Positions 8,214 through 17,107 of a stretch of DNA of 49,212 nucleotides are shown in pieces. How positions within the stretch are numbered: the stretch's first letter is position 1; each line of letters begins with the position of its first letter. The notes under the pieces are model-generated. The model was given only the letters and a program-made list of their open reading frames with translations. It was not told where the DNA came from and searched no databases. The DNA comes from Patescibacteria group bacterium (GTDB taxonomy: Bacteria > Patescibacteriota > Patescibacteriia > UBA2196), in NCBI GenBank assembly GCA_028748975.1, contig JAQTPI010000002.1:1-49212 (forward strand), written 5' to 3'. Made by a program: the position numbers and the translations under genes.

Positions 8214-9560
8214 TATCTGACTGACAAAGAAATTTTGTTCATCATTCAACCAATAAATTTTATCACCTTTTTCCGTGAGCCAGATTTGCTTGGCGGTTTT
8301 AAGCGCCGGTAAGTTGATGGTGTCGCGCGCGAAATTATTGGTGATTAATTCGGTGATAAAGAGTCCGTCAGAAGTTAAATATAAAAGATGGGTGGGCACG
8401 CCATACCACCAAAAGTTTTCAATTTTTGTACCGAGGCGGGCGATGAGTTGTTTGCGATTGTCTTCCACCAATCCTTCATAGGTCCAAATTTCATTATCAT
8501 TACCATAGATGAGGGGAGCGCTGTTGTTGTACCAGGAAATTTTATTAACATCATCAATGACAAGATTTTTTTCAGAAAATATTTTTTGTTTGATATCAAA
8601 AATATAAAGTTTATTCTTTTCTTTATCAATGATATTAACAATACCCGGCGGAGCTGGAAAAAAATTGTAGGCAGAGGAAAGGGGCAGATTGGCGGCCACA
8701 GCTTCGCTGCCAGAACCATTTTTAGAAGTAATCAAAAGTTCGGTTTGAGTATTGGTATTTTTTAGATAATAGATATTGTTTTCTCCAAGAGGCAGATAAA
8801 AATCAGCTATTTTGCCGGTGGTAATAAAAAGAGCTTGATTGGCAGTGACATCTATTTTTTCTAATCCCAAATTGGAGAGGGCATAAACCATTAAAGAATT
8901 ATCCGGGTCAAAAGCGATTTTTTGGCGACTGCTTTGAGAAGCGGGCAGTTGATATGTTTTGTCCGCGCCGAAAATATCCTGCGTTAAAAGCCGCCAGGCA
9001 CCATTATTTTTGAGAAGAAAATGGGTGCCATTGGAGTCGAGGATTAACGATTCCGGAGTAAAATTAATTAGGGTGATTTTTTTTAGAGAATCATTTTTTA
9101 GATTAAGCAGAAACAGTTCGGCACCAGTGTTTTTGTTGGTGGCAATAGCTATTTTATTTTCTGCCATTTCCGAGACGGCCGAAATTTTATCAGCCAATAT
9201 TTTTTCCGCGTTGATATTTTCTTTAAAAAGGCGGATGTATTGGGCAAAGGTTGTTTCGCCGGCATTAATTTTTAATTTTTTTGACCAGCTTAAATAGCCA
9301 TCTTTTTTAATTTCCACTTGATATTCACCGGGGAGAAGAGTTTTAATACGAGTGGTGGTTTGGTAAGATGTTTTTTCACTATTAAGATAGACGGTGGCTT
9401 TTTCCGGTTTGGATTCCAAAAATAAAACTCCGGCTTTTTGCCAGCCGAACTGACGCCAGTCAAATTTGTAGCCCTCGGCCAGTTTGAGCACGATGGGGGC
9501 AGAAGCAAAAAAGATTAAAAAGAAGACAAGATAGAGAAGGCGGCGGTGGGTTAGAGTCAT
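8208..9560 (-). CDS. PEGA-domain membrane-anchored protein
   Basis: N-terminal TM then PEGA-like LESKPEKATVYLN...LLPGEYQVEIKKDGY; start moved to ATG at 9560. Confidence 0.83.
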   Translation of the reverse strand: MTLTHRRLLYLVFFLIFFASAPIVLKLAEGYKFDWRQFGWQKAGVLFLESKPEKATVYLNSEKTSYQTTTRIKTLLPGEYQVEIKKDGYLSWSKKLKINAGETTFAQYIRLFKENINAEKILADKISAVSEMAENKIAIATNKNTGAELFLLNLKNDSLKKITLINFTPESLILDSNGTHFLLKNNGAWRLLTQDIFGADKTYQLPASQSSRQKIAFDPDNSLMVYALSNLGLEKIDVTANQALFITTGKIADFYLPLGENNIYYLKNTNTQTELLITSKNGSGSEAVAANLPLSSAYNFFPAPPGIVNIIDKEKNKLYIFDIKQKIFSEKNLVIDDVNKISWYNNSAPLIYGNDNEIWTYEGLVEDNRKQLIARLGTKIENFWWYGVPTHLLYLTSDGLFITELITNNFARDTINLPALKTAKQIWLTEKGDKIYWLNDEQNFFVSQIQ

Positions 9561-9747
9561 AAGAGTGAAATTTTCAATTTCCCAGCTTCGCCCGCGAAGC
9601 GAGGCGAGCAATTTTCAATTTTTAATAATCAATTAATTTGGCTTTTTGTGGGGGCGGAGAAATATTGGAGTACAGACAAATTTTAGCTCTTTTCAATTAA
9701 AAAATCAAACTTTTGTTTTTTAATTAGAGGTGGTATAATAAGGGGGT

Positions 9748-11091
9748 ATGAATTTTCCACAACTACGGAAACAAGATATAAACGCCGAAGATAAGAGGCG
9801 GTTTTTTAAAAAAGCGCTATTTTTTGTGCTGGCAATTGTTTTGGCCGTGGCGATTTTTTTGGCGGGCAAGGATATCGGGCAAAATCATAATAAAAATTCA
9901 GTAACGGGAGATGAAACACAAAACGTGGAATTGGGAGTAGTTAATGGCAAAAGTCAAAAATTACCAGATTGGGTCAAGGGTGATATTGATTTTGAACAAT
10001 TTTGGGCTGTGTGGAATAAAATTCAAACGGAATTTGTGGATAAACCCGTGCCGGAGAAAAAACTTTTTTATGGAGCGCTGATGGGATTGGTAGCTTCGCT
10101 TGGCGACCCTTATTCAATTTTTATGGAGCCGCAGGAGTCCAAAGATTTTCAGCAGGAATTAAAAGGCAGTTTTGAAGGCATTGGCGCGGAAATCGCGGTA
10201 AAAAATAATCAACTGACGGTTGTTTCGCCTTTGGTGGAATCACCGGCGGAAAAAGCCGGTCTGAAAGCGGGCGATAAAATTTTATATATTAATGATTTGA
10301 ACACGGCAGGATTAGATGTTAATGAGGCGGTGGCGAAAATCCGCGGCCCCAAAGGCACGCAAGTGACTTTGACTATTTGGCGCGACAATGAACCGAAAGA
10401 AAGAAAAATTACCATTACTCGAGATACTATTAAAATTGTTTCCGCTTCTTGGAAAATGGAAGAAAAAACGGTAACTAAAACCGTACAAAAAGACGGCCAG
10501 CCAGTGGAAGAAAAAGTAACTGAAAAAGTGGCGGTCATCAAGCTTTCTAATTTTAATGAAGACACTAACAGCCGACTAATAAAAGTTATTAATGAGATTT
10601 TGACTTCTGATGTTAGGGGAATTATTTTGGATTTACGCGGCAATCCTGGCGGATACATTGATCAGGCGATTGAGGTGGCTTCACACTGGCTGCCAGCCGG
10701 ACAAACCGTGGTTTCGGAAAGATTTGCCGATGATAAAAAACAGCAACACTTGGCCAGTGGCAAGGCGGAGTTGAAAGATTATAAGACAGTGGTTTTGATT
10801 AATGGCGGATCAGCTTCGGCTTCGGAAATCGTAGCGGGGGCGTTTCAGGATCATAAAATTGCCACAATTATTGGTGAACAAAGTTTTGGCAAGGGTTCAG
10901 TGCAAAATTTGGAAGATTATGCGGATGGTTCGGCCGTGAAATTAACCGTGGCGCGCTGGCTCACTCCCAACGGCACCACGATTGATAAACAGGGGATTAC
11001 ACCGGATATTAAAGTGGAATTGACGGAAGATGATTTTAATAATAATAAGGATCCGCAAATGGAGAAGGCGATGGAACTTCTAACGAAGTAA
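9748..11091 (+). CDS. ctpA: S41 family carboxyl-terminal processing protease
   Basis: PDZ domain (FEGIGAEI), DLRGNPGG, SASASEI catalytic Ser, GKGSVQ. Confidence 0.93.
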   Translation: MNFPQLRKQDINAEDKRRFFKKALFFVLAIVLAVAIFLAGKDIGQNHNKNSVTGDETQNVELGVVNGKSQKLPDWVKGDIDFEQFWAVWNKIQTEFVDKPVPEKKLFYGALMGLVASLGDPYSIFMEPQESKDFQQELKGSFEGIGAEIAVKNNQLTVVSPLVESPAEKAGLKAGDKILYINDLNTAGLDVNEAVAKIRGPKGTQVTLTIWRDNEPKERKITITRDTIKIVSASWKMEEKTVTKTVQKDGQPVEEKVTEKVAVIKLSNFNEDTNSRLIKVINEILTSDVRGIILDLRGNPGGYIDQAIEVASHWLPAGQTVVSERFADDKKQQHLASGKAELKDYKTVVLINGGSASASEIVAGAFQDHKIATIIGEQSFGKGSVQNLEDYADGSAVKLTVARWLTPNGTTIDKQGITPDIKVELTEDDFNNNKDPQMEKAMELLTK

Positions 11092-11103
11092 ATTTCAAGC
11101 TTC

Positions 11104-11216
11104 AAGCACCAATTTTCAAACAAATTTCAAATTTCAATGACCAAATTACAAACACGGCGGTTTAGAATTTGGAATTTAATATTTGTAATTTGTTTGTTAT
11201 TTGGGATTTGGTGCTT
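11104..11216. repeat. Heptamer-based long hairpin between ctpA and rplI
   Basis: AAGCACCAA...(AAATTTC)n...(GAATTTG)n...TTGGTGCTT. Confidence 0.7.
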
Positions 11217-11226
11217 AAAAAATTTT

Positions 11227-11718
11227 ATGAAAATAATTTTACTAAAAGACATTTCTAAACTTGGCAAAAAAGATGAAGTAAAAGAAGTAAATGACAGTTA
11301 TGCTTTCAACTTTTTGCTGCCGCAAAAAATGGCGGTGCGGGCGACGGCGGAATTAATCGCGGCGGCAGTGGCGCGGCAAAAAAGAGCGGAAACGGAAAAA
11401 GTTGTGCGCCACGATGAATTGGAAAGCGCGGCCGGAAAGTTGAATGGCAAAAAAATTATTATTGAAAAAGAGGCCTCGGCCAAAGGCAAGCTTTTTGCCT
11501 CCGTCAGCGCGGAAGAAATTTTAATGGCGATTAAAAAAGAATTAGGCGTGACTTTAGACTCGGAACATTTTAAAATTAAAGAGCACTTGAAAGAAGTTGG
11601 CATCCATGAGGTGCCACTCCAAGTCGGTGGTAAGAGAATTAGTATCACTGTCGAAATTAAAGCCAAGGAAGAAACCACCGCTACTAAAACCGCCAAAACC
11701 ACTAAAAAATTAAAATAA
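11227..11718 (+). CDS. rplI: 50S ribosomal protein L9
   Basis: MKIILLKDISKLGKKDEVKEV...YAFNFLLP, GKLFASV; upstream ORF extension is repeat-derived. Confidence 0.93.
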   Translation: MKIILLKDISKLGKKDEVKEVNDSYAFNFLLPQKMAVRATAELIAAAVARQKRAETEKVVRHDELESAAGKLNGKKIIIEKEASAKGKLFASVSAEEILMAIKKELGVTLDSEHFKIKEHLKEVGIHEVPLQVGGKRISITVEIKAKEETTATKTAKTTKKLK

Positions 11719-11720
11719 CC

Positions 11721-11758
11721 AAAAAGTCCCCCGATAAATATCGGGGGATTTCATTTTT
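11721..11758 (+). terminator. Hairpin after rplI (possible terminator or attenuator)
   Basis: TCCCCCGAT-AAAT-ATCGGGGGA flanked by A and T tracts. Confidence 0.5.
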
Positions 11759-11764
11759 AAAAAT

Positions 11765-13387
11765 ATGAAAAACACCAAATTCATTTTCATTACCGGCGGA
11801 GTTTGCTCGGGACTGGGCAAGGGGATTGCTTCGGCGTCCATTGGCGCGATTTTAAAAGCCACGGAACACAAAGTTTTTACGGTCAAGATGGATCCCTATT
11901 TAAATCCGGATCCGGGCACGATGAGTCCTTTTCAGCATGGCGAAGTTTTTGTGACCGATGACGGCTATGAGGCGGATTTGGACTTGGGACATTATGAAAG
12001 ATTTATTGACGAACCCTTGAGCCGCCAATCAAATTTAACCACCGGCCAAATTTACCAGCAAATTTTAGCGGAAGAAAGAAAAGGAAATTTTTTGGGCAAA
12101 ACAATTCAGGTGGTGCCGCACGTGACTGATAAAATTAAAGAGTTTATTTTTCGCGCGGCAAAAAAATCACAGACAGACTTTCTTTTAGTGGAAATTGGCG
12201 GAACGGTTGGCGATATTGAAGGTGAACCGTATTTGGAAGCTGGACGGCAAATTCACCACGAGCTTGGCGACGAGCAAGTAATGTTTATTCATTTGACACT
12301 GCTGCCATATTTGAAAGCATCCAATGAGTTGAAAACCAAACCGACACAGATGTCGGTCAAAGAATTACAAAGCCGGGGAATTCATCCGGATATGATTTTG
12401 GCGCGGGCGGATTATAAAATTGGCCGCGAGCTTTTGGATAAGATTGCTATGTTTTGCGATGTGAAACCGGAAGCGGTGATTCCGGCGCCGACGATTGAGA
12501 GTATTTATGAAGTGCCATTGAATTTTGAAAAGGCAAAAATATCTGAAATTATTTTTAAAAAATTCGGAATGCCGATTAGAAAATCAAACCTGAAACCATG
12601 GGAAGAGTTGCTGAAAAAAATTAAAAACGGCGGTAAAAAGACAATTACCATTGCTAAGGTAGGCAAATACACGGCGCATGGTGATGCCTATATTTCGGTG
12701 GATGAGGCGCTGAAAGCGGCCGGATTTGCGAACGATGTAAAAATAAAAATTATAGCAGTGGATTCGGAAAAGTTGGAGGAAAATGACGAAAATGAATGGC
12801 AGGTTTTGAAAAAGGCGGACGGAATTTTGGTGCCGGGCGGATTTGGCAAAAGGGGAGTGGAAGGGAAAATTTTGGCGGCCAAATTCGCGCGAGAAAATAG
12901 TGTTCCATATTTTGGGCTGTGTTTGGGGATGCAGATTTTGACAATTGAATTCGCGCGTTGGTGTTTAAAAACCAAAGACGCCAACAGCGAGGAATTTGAT
13001 GAGAAAACAAAAAATCCGGTGATTCACATTATGAAAGAGCAGAAAAAGAAAATGGCGCAAAGCGATTTTGGCGCCAGTATGCGTCTTGGTGCGTATCCTT
13101 GCGTTTTGGCAAAAAATTCCAAATCCTTCGCGGCGTATGGAGCGCCAAAAGTTTCCGAACGTCATCGCCATCGTTATGAATTTAATAATGATTACCGCGA
13201 GAAATTGGAGAAATGCGGTTTGACCATTGCCGGGGTTTCGCCGGACAAAAAATTGGTGGAAATTGTGGAAATTAAGAATCATCCGTGGATGGTCGGGGTG
13301 CAGTTTCATCCAGAATTCAAATCCCGGCCACTTAAGGCACACCCGCTTTTTAGAGAATTTGTGAGGGCGTGTTTGCGAAGAAAATAG
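11765..13387 (+). CDS. pyrG: CTP synthase
   Basis: FITGGVCSGLGKG, GLCLGMQ, QFHPEF motifs. Confidence 0.98.
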   Translation: MKNTKFIFITGGVCSGLGKGIASASIGAILKATEHKVFTVKMDPYLNPDPGTMSPFQHGEVFVTDDGYEADLDLGHYERFIDEPLSRQSNLTTGQIYQQILAEERKGNFLGKTIQVVPHVTDKIKEFIFRAAKKSQTDFLLVEIGGTVGDIEGEPYLEAGRQIHHELGDEQVMFIHLTLLPYLKASNELKTKPTQMSVKELQSRGIHPDMILARADYKIGRELLDKIAMFCDVKPEAVIPAPTIESIYEVPLNFEKAKISEIIFKKFGMPIRKSNLKPWEELLKKIKNGGKKTITIAKVGKYTAHGDAYISVDEALKAAGFANDVKIKIIAVDSEKLEENDENEWQVLKKADGILVPGGFGKRGVEGKILAAKFARENSVPYFGLCLGMQILTIEFARWCLKTKDANSEEFDEKTKNPVIHIMKEQKKKMAQSDFGASMRLGAYPCVLAKNSKSFAAYGAPKVSERHRHRYEFNNDYREKLEKCGLTIAGVSPDKKLVEIVEIKNHPWMVGVQFHPEFKSRPLKAHPLFREFVRACLRRK

Positions 13388-13415
13388 ATTATATGGTAAA
13401 ATTAAGATAAATAGC

Positions 13416-13453
13416 ACCACTACGTTTTTCACGATCGTGAAAAACGTAGTGGT
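13416..13453. repeat. Perfect 38-bp palindrome, left flank of the Cas2-like gene
   Basis: ACCACTACGTTTTTCACGA|TCGTGAAAAACGTAGTGGT. Confidence 0.95.
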
Positions 13454-13481
13454 AGGGTTTAAAAAATTATTATTTAAAAAC

Positions 13482-14009
13482 ATGATTACTTTCAAAGAAA
13501 GATTAACCGATTTAGTCTTGGAAATAATCTATGAATCTCGCAGGGTTTTGACCACCCATTCTTTAATGGAAGCGGTTTATTTTGATTTAACTGAAAAAAT
13601 AAAAAACGATCAGAAAAGAATAAAATTTGCGAGAAAAGAAAAAGAAAAAATTCAAAAAACCATATATCACTTGAGGAGAATGGGTTGTATAGAAATGAAT
13701 AATAATAAGATAATTAAATTATCAGTAAAAGGGAGAATAAAGATGATTTTATATAAATCTAGAAAAATAAGAAAAAAAGATACAAAGAGTTATTTTTATA
13801 TTTTAATTTTTGATATTCCTGAAAACATGAGAAAAATTAGAGACCTATTCCGGAGGGTTTTGTATAATTTTGGTTCAGATAAACTTCAAAAGAGTGTTTT
13901 CACCATAGAGAGCGAAGAAGCGTTTATTTTGATTAAGGATTTGATAAAAGAAAGTAAAATGAATGATTATGTAAAAATTTTGAAGTGTTCAAAAATTGAG
14001 AAAATTTAA
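13482..14009 (+). CDS. Stand-alone PaaX-type protein: wHTH-like N-terminus plus Cas2-like C-terminal domain
   Basis: ILIFDIPENMRKIRDLFRRVLYNFGSDKLQKSVF matches the Cas2/PaaX-C pattern (FDI..R...R..L..G..Q.SVF); IYHLRRMGCI...LSVKG resembles a wHTH wing. Confidence 0.75.
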   Translation: MITFKERLTDLVLEIIYESRRVLTTHSLMEAVYFDLTEKIKNDQKRIKFARKEKEKIQKTIYHLRRMGCIEMNNNKIIKLSVKGRIKMILYKSRKIRKKDTKSYFYILIFDIPENMRKIRDLFRRVLYNFGSDKLQKSVFTIESEEAFILIKDLIKESKMNDYVKILKCSKIEKI

Positions 14010-14021
14010 TATAATGATACT

Positions 14022-14054
14022 ACTACGTTTTTCACGATCGTGAAAAATGTAGTG
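14022..14054. repeat. Second copy of the palindrome, right flank of the Cas2-like gene
   Basis: ACTACGTTTTTCACGATCGTGAAAAATGTAGTG; one mismatch to 13419-13451. Confidence 0.95.
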
Positions 14055-14076
14055 ATTTTTATAGTGTTAAATAAAT

Positions 14077-14106
14077 AAAAAACAGCCGGTTTTGGCTGTT
14101 TTTTTT
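14077..14106. terminator. Bidirectional intrinsic terminator
   Basis: AAAAAACAGCC-GGTTTT-GGCTGTTTTTTT between convergent genes. Confidence 0.75.
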
Positions 14107-14120
14107 AATCTTTATTTTTA

Positions 14121-14393
14121 TTAAACAATAGAAATAAATTTGGTCCAGGTGAGCTTGCCGTCAAATTTGATTTTCTTGCGGCGGAAGAAGTGGACCTTGC
14201 CGGCTTTAACGGCGAAAAGAGTGTCATCACCGCCTTTTTTCACGCCAACTCCCGGATGAAATTTGGTGCCGCGCTGGCGCACTAAAATGGCGCCGGATTT
14301 GGCGATTTCACCTTCATATAATTTGACCCCCAAACGTTTGGAAACGGAATCGCGGCCTAAACGGGTGGAGCCCTGTGCTTTACGATGTGCCAT
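14121..14393 (-). CDS. rpmA: 50S ribosomal protein L27
   Basis: [24 protein letters not shown]...[10 protein letters not shown]. Confidence 0.97.
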   Translation of the reverse strand: MAHRKAQGSTRLGRDSVSKRLGVKLYEGEIAKSGAILVRQRGTKFHPGVGVKKGGDDTLFAVKAGKVHFFRRKKIKFDGKLTWTKFISIV

Positions 14394-14411
14394 ATGGTGT
14401 GTGGTTTGGTC

Positions 14412-14488
14412 GCTAAGTTTGCCAAATTTTCTTCTGTGGAACTCGCTTCGCTCAAACAGTCCTCGTGCGAAAATTTGCCAAACTTAGC
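14412..14488. repeat. Hairpin element in the rpmA leader, related to the 22512/36740 structured repeat
   Basis: 20-bp arms GCTAAGTTTGCCAAATTTTC / GAAAATTTGCCAAACTTAGC around the core GAACTC-GCTTCGC-TCAAACAG. Confidence 0.7.
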
Positions 14489-14517
14489 TCCCGGTAATTA
14501 TTTTTTTGATTGTTTTT

Positions 14518-14546
14518 ATTGTAGCAAAAGATTAAAAGAGTGTCAA
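14518..14546 (-). promoter_or_regulatory. Sigma70-type promoter of rpmA
   Basis: Minus strand TTGACA, 17 bp, TG-extended TACAAT. Confidence 0.65.
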
Positions 14547-14671
14547 ATTTGTGCGTTTGCAAAAAAAGATGTTTTGGAGTATAATATCATTAAAGCATAA
14601 AAACATTAAAACAAAGTGATAAAAATGGCCGTTTAATTAATGTTTTTATGTTTTAATGTTTTAATGTTTTT

Positions 14672-15055
14672 ATGTATTCCAAAATCGTTTTGGAACATTT
14701 CCAAAATCCGCACAATCAAGGGAAAATGGAAGAGGCCGACTGCGTCGGCCAGGTTGGCAATCCCGTGTGCGGGGATATTATGAAATTGTATTTGAAAATC
14801 CGCGTGGAAGATAGAGATAAGCCGGTGGAGGAGCGAGTGATTGAAGATATTAAATTTGAAACGCTTGGTTGCGGGGCGGCGATTGCTTCCACTTCCATGC
14901 TGACAGATTTGGTTAAAGGCAAAACAATCGGCGCGGCACTGAAAGTGACCAAGCAAGAAATAGCTGATGCGTTGGGTGGATTGCCGGCAGTTAAGATTCA
15001 TTGTTCGGTTTTAGCTACTGAAGCTTTGGAGGAAGCGGTAAAACAATTAAAATAA
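14672..15055 (+). CDS. iscU: Fe-S cluster scaffold protein IscU/NifU-N
   Basis: HFQNPHN, GNPVCGD, FETLGCGAAIAS, KIHCSVLA. Confidence 0.93.
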   Translation: MYSKIVLEHFQNPHNQGKMEEADCVGQVGNPVCGDIMKLYLKIRVEDRDKPVEERVIEDIKFETLGCGAAIASTSMLTDLVKGKTIGAALKVTKQEIADALGGLPAVKIHCSVLATEALEEAVKQLK

Positions 15056-15061
15056 CGATTC

Positions 15062-15132
15062 GTCATTCCGAGGGAGCGTAGCGACCGATGGAATCTTTAC
15101 TGAAAAGATCCCATCGTTGCGCTCGGGATGAC
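15062..15132. repeat. GTCAT...ATGAC palindromic element (minimal intergenic copy)
   Basis: GTCATTCCGAG...GGAATCT spacer AGATCCC...CTCGGGATGAC. Confidence 0.9.
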
Positions 15133-15147
15133 AGACAATTTACTACT

Positions 15148-15375
15148 ATGATTACAGAAAAAATAAAACAAGAATTAGAAGCCATTCGCCCGCATCTCCA
15201 AATGGACGGCGGGGATGTGGAATTCGTGGAATTTGACGAAGCCACGGGCGTTTTGAAATTGAAATTAACCGGTGCCTGTATCGGTTGCCCCATGAGCCAA
15301 ATGACTTTGCAAGATGGCGTTGGCCGGGCGATTAAGGAAAAAGTGCCGGAGGTGAAAGAGGTGGTGGCGATGTAA
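15148..15375 (+). CDS. NifU C-terminal domain (NfuA-like) protein
   Basis: IRPHLQMDGGDVE...GACIGCPMS (CxxC); start moved to ATG at 15148. Confidence 0.9.
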   Translation: MITEKIKQELEAIRPHLQMDGGDVEFVEFDEATGVLKLKLTGACIGCPMSQMTLQDGVGRAIKEKVPEVKEVVAM

Positions 15376-15473
15376 AAAAAATAATTCAATAATTTTAAAA
15401 CTTTTTAATAAATTGATAAAAATAAAAACGCCCAACCAGTAGTAATGGTTAGGGCGGTACAGATTAATGTCCT

Positions 15474-15605
15474 TTATTTCCCGTTTTTGATTTGATTGAA
15501 AAAGAACATGGCGCCGGCAAGTATAAGACAAAACGCAGTCTGTAAGCTGATTGGAGCTATGAAGGCCCCCGCGCAAATTAAAAGCACGCTGGCTGCTATT
15601 AACAT
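15474..15605 (-). CDS. Small hydrophobic protein, 43 aa (not in ORF track)
   Basis: AAGGAGGGAGG SD, ATG at 15605, MLIAASVLLICAGAF...; upstream TTGACA-17-TATAAT (15684-15656). Confidence 0.55.
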   Translation of the reverse strand: MLIAASVLLICAGAFIAPISLQTAFCLILAGAMFFFNQIKNGK

Positions 15606-15735
15606 AATAGAACCTCCCTCCTTTTTATGTGTGTGGAATTATAGATTGTGTTTTAATTATATCATGCCTAAAAATTTGTGTCAAGCGGCGTTGGATTTTC
15701 GCTTAAGACGGAAATGACACACAAAAAAATCGTAT

Positions 15736-15790
15736 AACCACCCCGGTCCGACATAACGTCGGACCACCCCTCCTTGAAAAGGAGGGGATA
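15736..15790. repeat. CCCCTCC-family double-hairpin element
   Basis: AACCACCCC-GGTCCGAC..GTCGGACC-ACCCCTCCTT-GAA-AAGGAGGGGATA. Confidence 0.85.
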
Positions 15791-15799
15791 ACGACGCGA

Positions 15800-15850
15800 C
15801 GAGATCTCTCGGCTCACAGCGACCCAAAAGGCCGCTCGGGATAAACTACA
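15800..15850 (-). repeat. GTAGTTTATCCCGAG half-element (other copies at 20722-20771 and 29411-29460)
   Basis: Shared GT(A/G)GTTTATCCCGAGCG...GAGCCGAG(A/G)GATCTCG. Confidence 0.8.
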
Positions 15851-15856
15851 AAAATT

Positions 15857-17047
15857 ATGAAACGAATATATTTTGACCACGCGGCGACGACGCCGGTTGA
15901 TAAAAAAGTAATGAAGGCGATGAAGCCGTATTTTTGCGATGTCTTTGGCAACCCGTCTTCACTCCATTCTTTTGGCCAAGAAGCGATGAAAGCAGTGGAC
16001 GAAGCGCGCAACAAGGTTGCTAAGTTTTTGAATTGCGACCGGGAAGAAGTAATTTTTACCAGCGGAGCGACCGAGGCAAATAACCTTGCAATACGAGGGG
16101 TACTGAAATCAGAAATTAGAAATCAGAAATCAGGAACAGACAATAAACTACATGTTATAACTACAGCGTTTGAACATCCGGCGGTTTTAGAAACGGTGAA
16201 AGATTTGGAAAAATCTGGTTTAATCGAAGCGAGCTATGTGATGCCGGGCGCTGATGGAATAGTGAAAACTGAAGATATTGAGAAAGAAATCAGAGATAAC
16301 ACAATTTTAGTTTCGGTGATGTATGTGAATAATGAAATTGGAACGATTCAGCCAATTAAAGAAATTAGCGAAGTTATCAAAAGAATGAATGAGGGCCGGC
16401 CGAATAAAATTTTATTTCACATCGACGCGGTGCAAGCGGCACTTTATTGCGAGATGAAAGTTGGGGAATTGGGCGTGGATTTGCTTGCCATGTCCGGACA
16501 TAAAATTTACGGGCCGAAAGGCATTGGCGTTTTGTATGTTAAAAAATCAGTAAAATTAAAACCAATCCAAACTGGCGGGCACCACGAGTTTGGACTTCGC
16601 GCGGGAACTTTGAATACGCCGTTAATTGCTGGTATGGGTCGGGCAGTAGAATTAATTAAAAAAAGAAACACCAAGAAAGTGGCGGAATCGCGCGATTATC
16701 TTTGGACTAAATTGCAAAGAAATATTTCCGGAATTAAATTGAATGGCGAGATGGTGCGCCGAGTGCCCAGTAATTTGAATGTCAGTATTTTGGGAGTGGA
16801 AGGCGAGGCACTTTTGCTTGGACTGGATATGGAAGGCATTGCCATTTCCACCGGTTCGGCCTGTTCTTCGGGGTCCTTGGAGCCATCACATGTTTTGATG
16901 GCGATTGGTTTAAGCCATGAGGAAGCGCACGGCAGTTTGCGGATTACTTTGGGCGAAGAAAACAATGAAAGCGAATGCGATGAATTGATAAAAAAATTAA
17001 CGCCCTTGGTGGAGCGTTTTAGGCAAATGGCGCCGAAAACAGAATGA
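15857..17047 (+). CDS. iscS: Cysteine desulfurase (IscS/NifS group I)
   Basis: YFDHAATTP, SGHKIYGPKG (PLP Lys), STGSACSSGS. Confidence 0.95.
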   Translation: MKRIYFDHAATTPVDKKVMKAMKPYFCDVFGNPSSLHSFGQEAMKAVDEARNKVAKFLNCDREEVIFTSGATEANNLAIRGVLKSEIRNQKSGTDNKLHVITTAFEHPAVLETVKDLEKSGLIEASYVMPGADGIVKTEDIEKEIRDNTILVSVMYVNNEIGTIQPIKEISEVIKRMNEGRPNKILFHIDAVQAALYCEMKVGELGVDLLAMSGHKIYGPKGIGVLYVKKSVKLKPIQTGGHHEFGLRAGTLNTPLIAGMGRAVELIKKRNTKKVAESRDYLWTKLQRNISGIKLNGEMVRRVPSNLNVSILGVEGEALLLGLDMEGIAISTGSACSSGSLEPSHVLMAIGLSHEEAHGSLRITLGEENNESECDELIKKLTPLVERFRQMAPKTE

Positions 17048-17107
17048 TTGGAAAGAGGAATTAGGGAATAAATAATTAATAGTTCCACAATAATAAATGA
17101 CTATTTA

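Noticed and set aside
7913-8312. Overlapping ORFs 7913-8245 and 7989-8312 with poly-Leu or NKSIKS runs
   Set aside because: Products of the stop-poor 9-mer inverted array overlapping HIT; not independent genes.
11137-11226. N-terminal extension of L9 in the ORF track
   Set aside because: It is translation of the heptamer hairpin; the L9 consensus begins at MKIILL (11227).
10209-13495. Long antisense ORFs over ctpA, rplI and pyrG (for example 10209-10658, 11298-11702, 12965-13495)
   Set aside because: Typical shadow ORFs opposite conserved genes; no independent signals.
13416-14054. CRISPR array or CRISPR-Cas locus
   Set aside because: Only two repeats, separated by a ~570-bp gene-containing interval rather than 30-40-bp spacers; no cas1 or effector gene. 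Reported instead as a palindrome-flanked cassette.
15088-15147. N-terminal extension of the NifU-C protein
   Set aside because: Derived from the GTCAT element at 15062-15132; the ATG at 15148 fits the family length.
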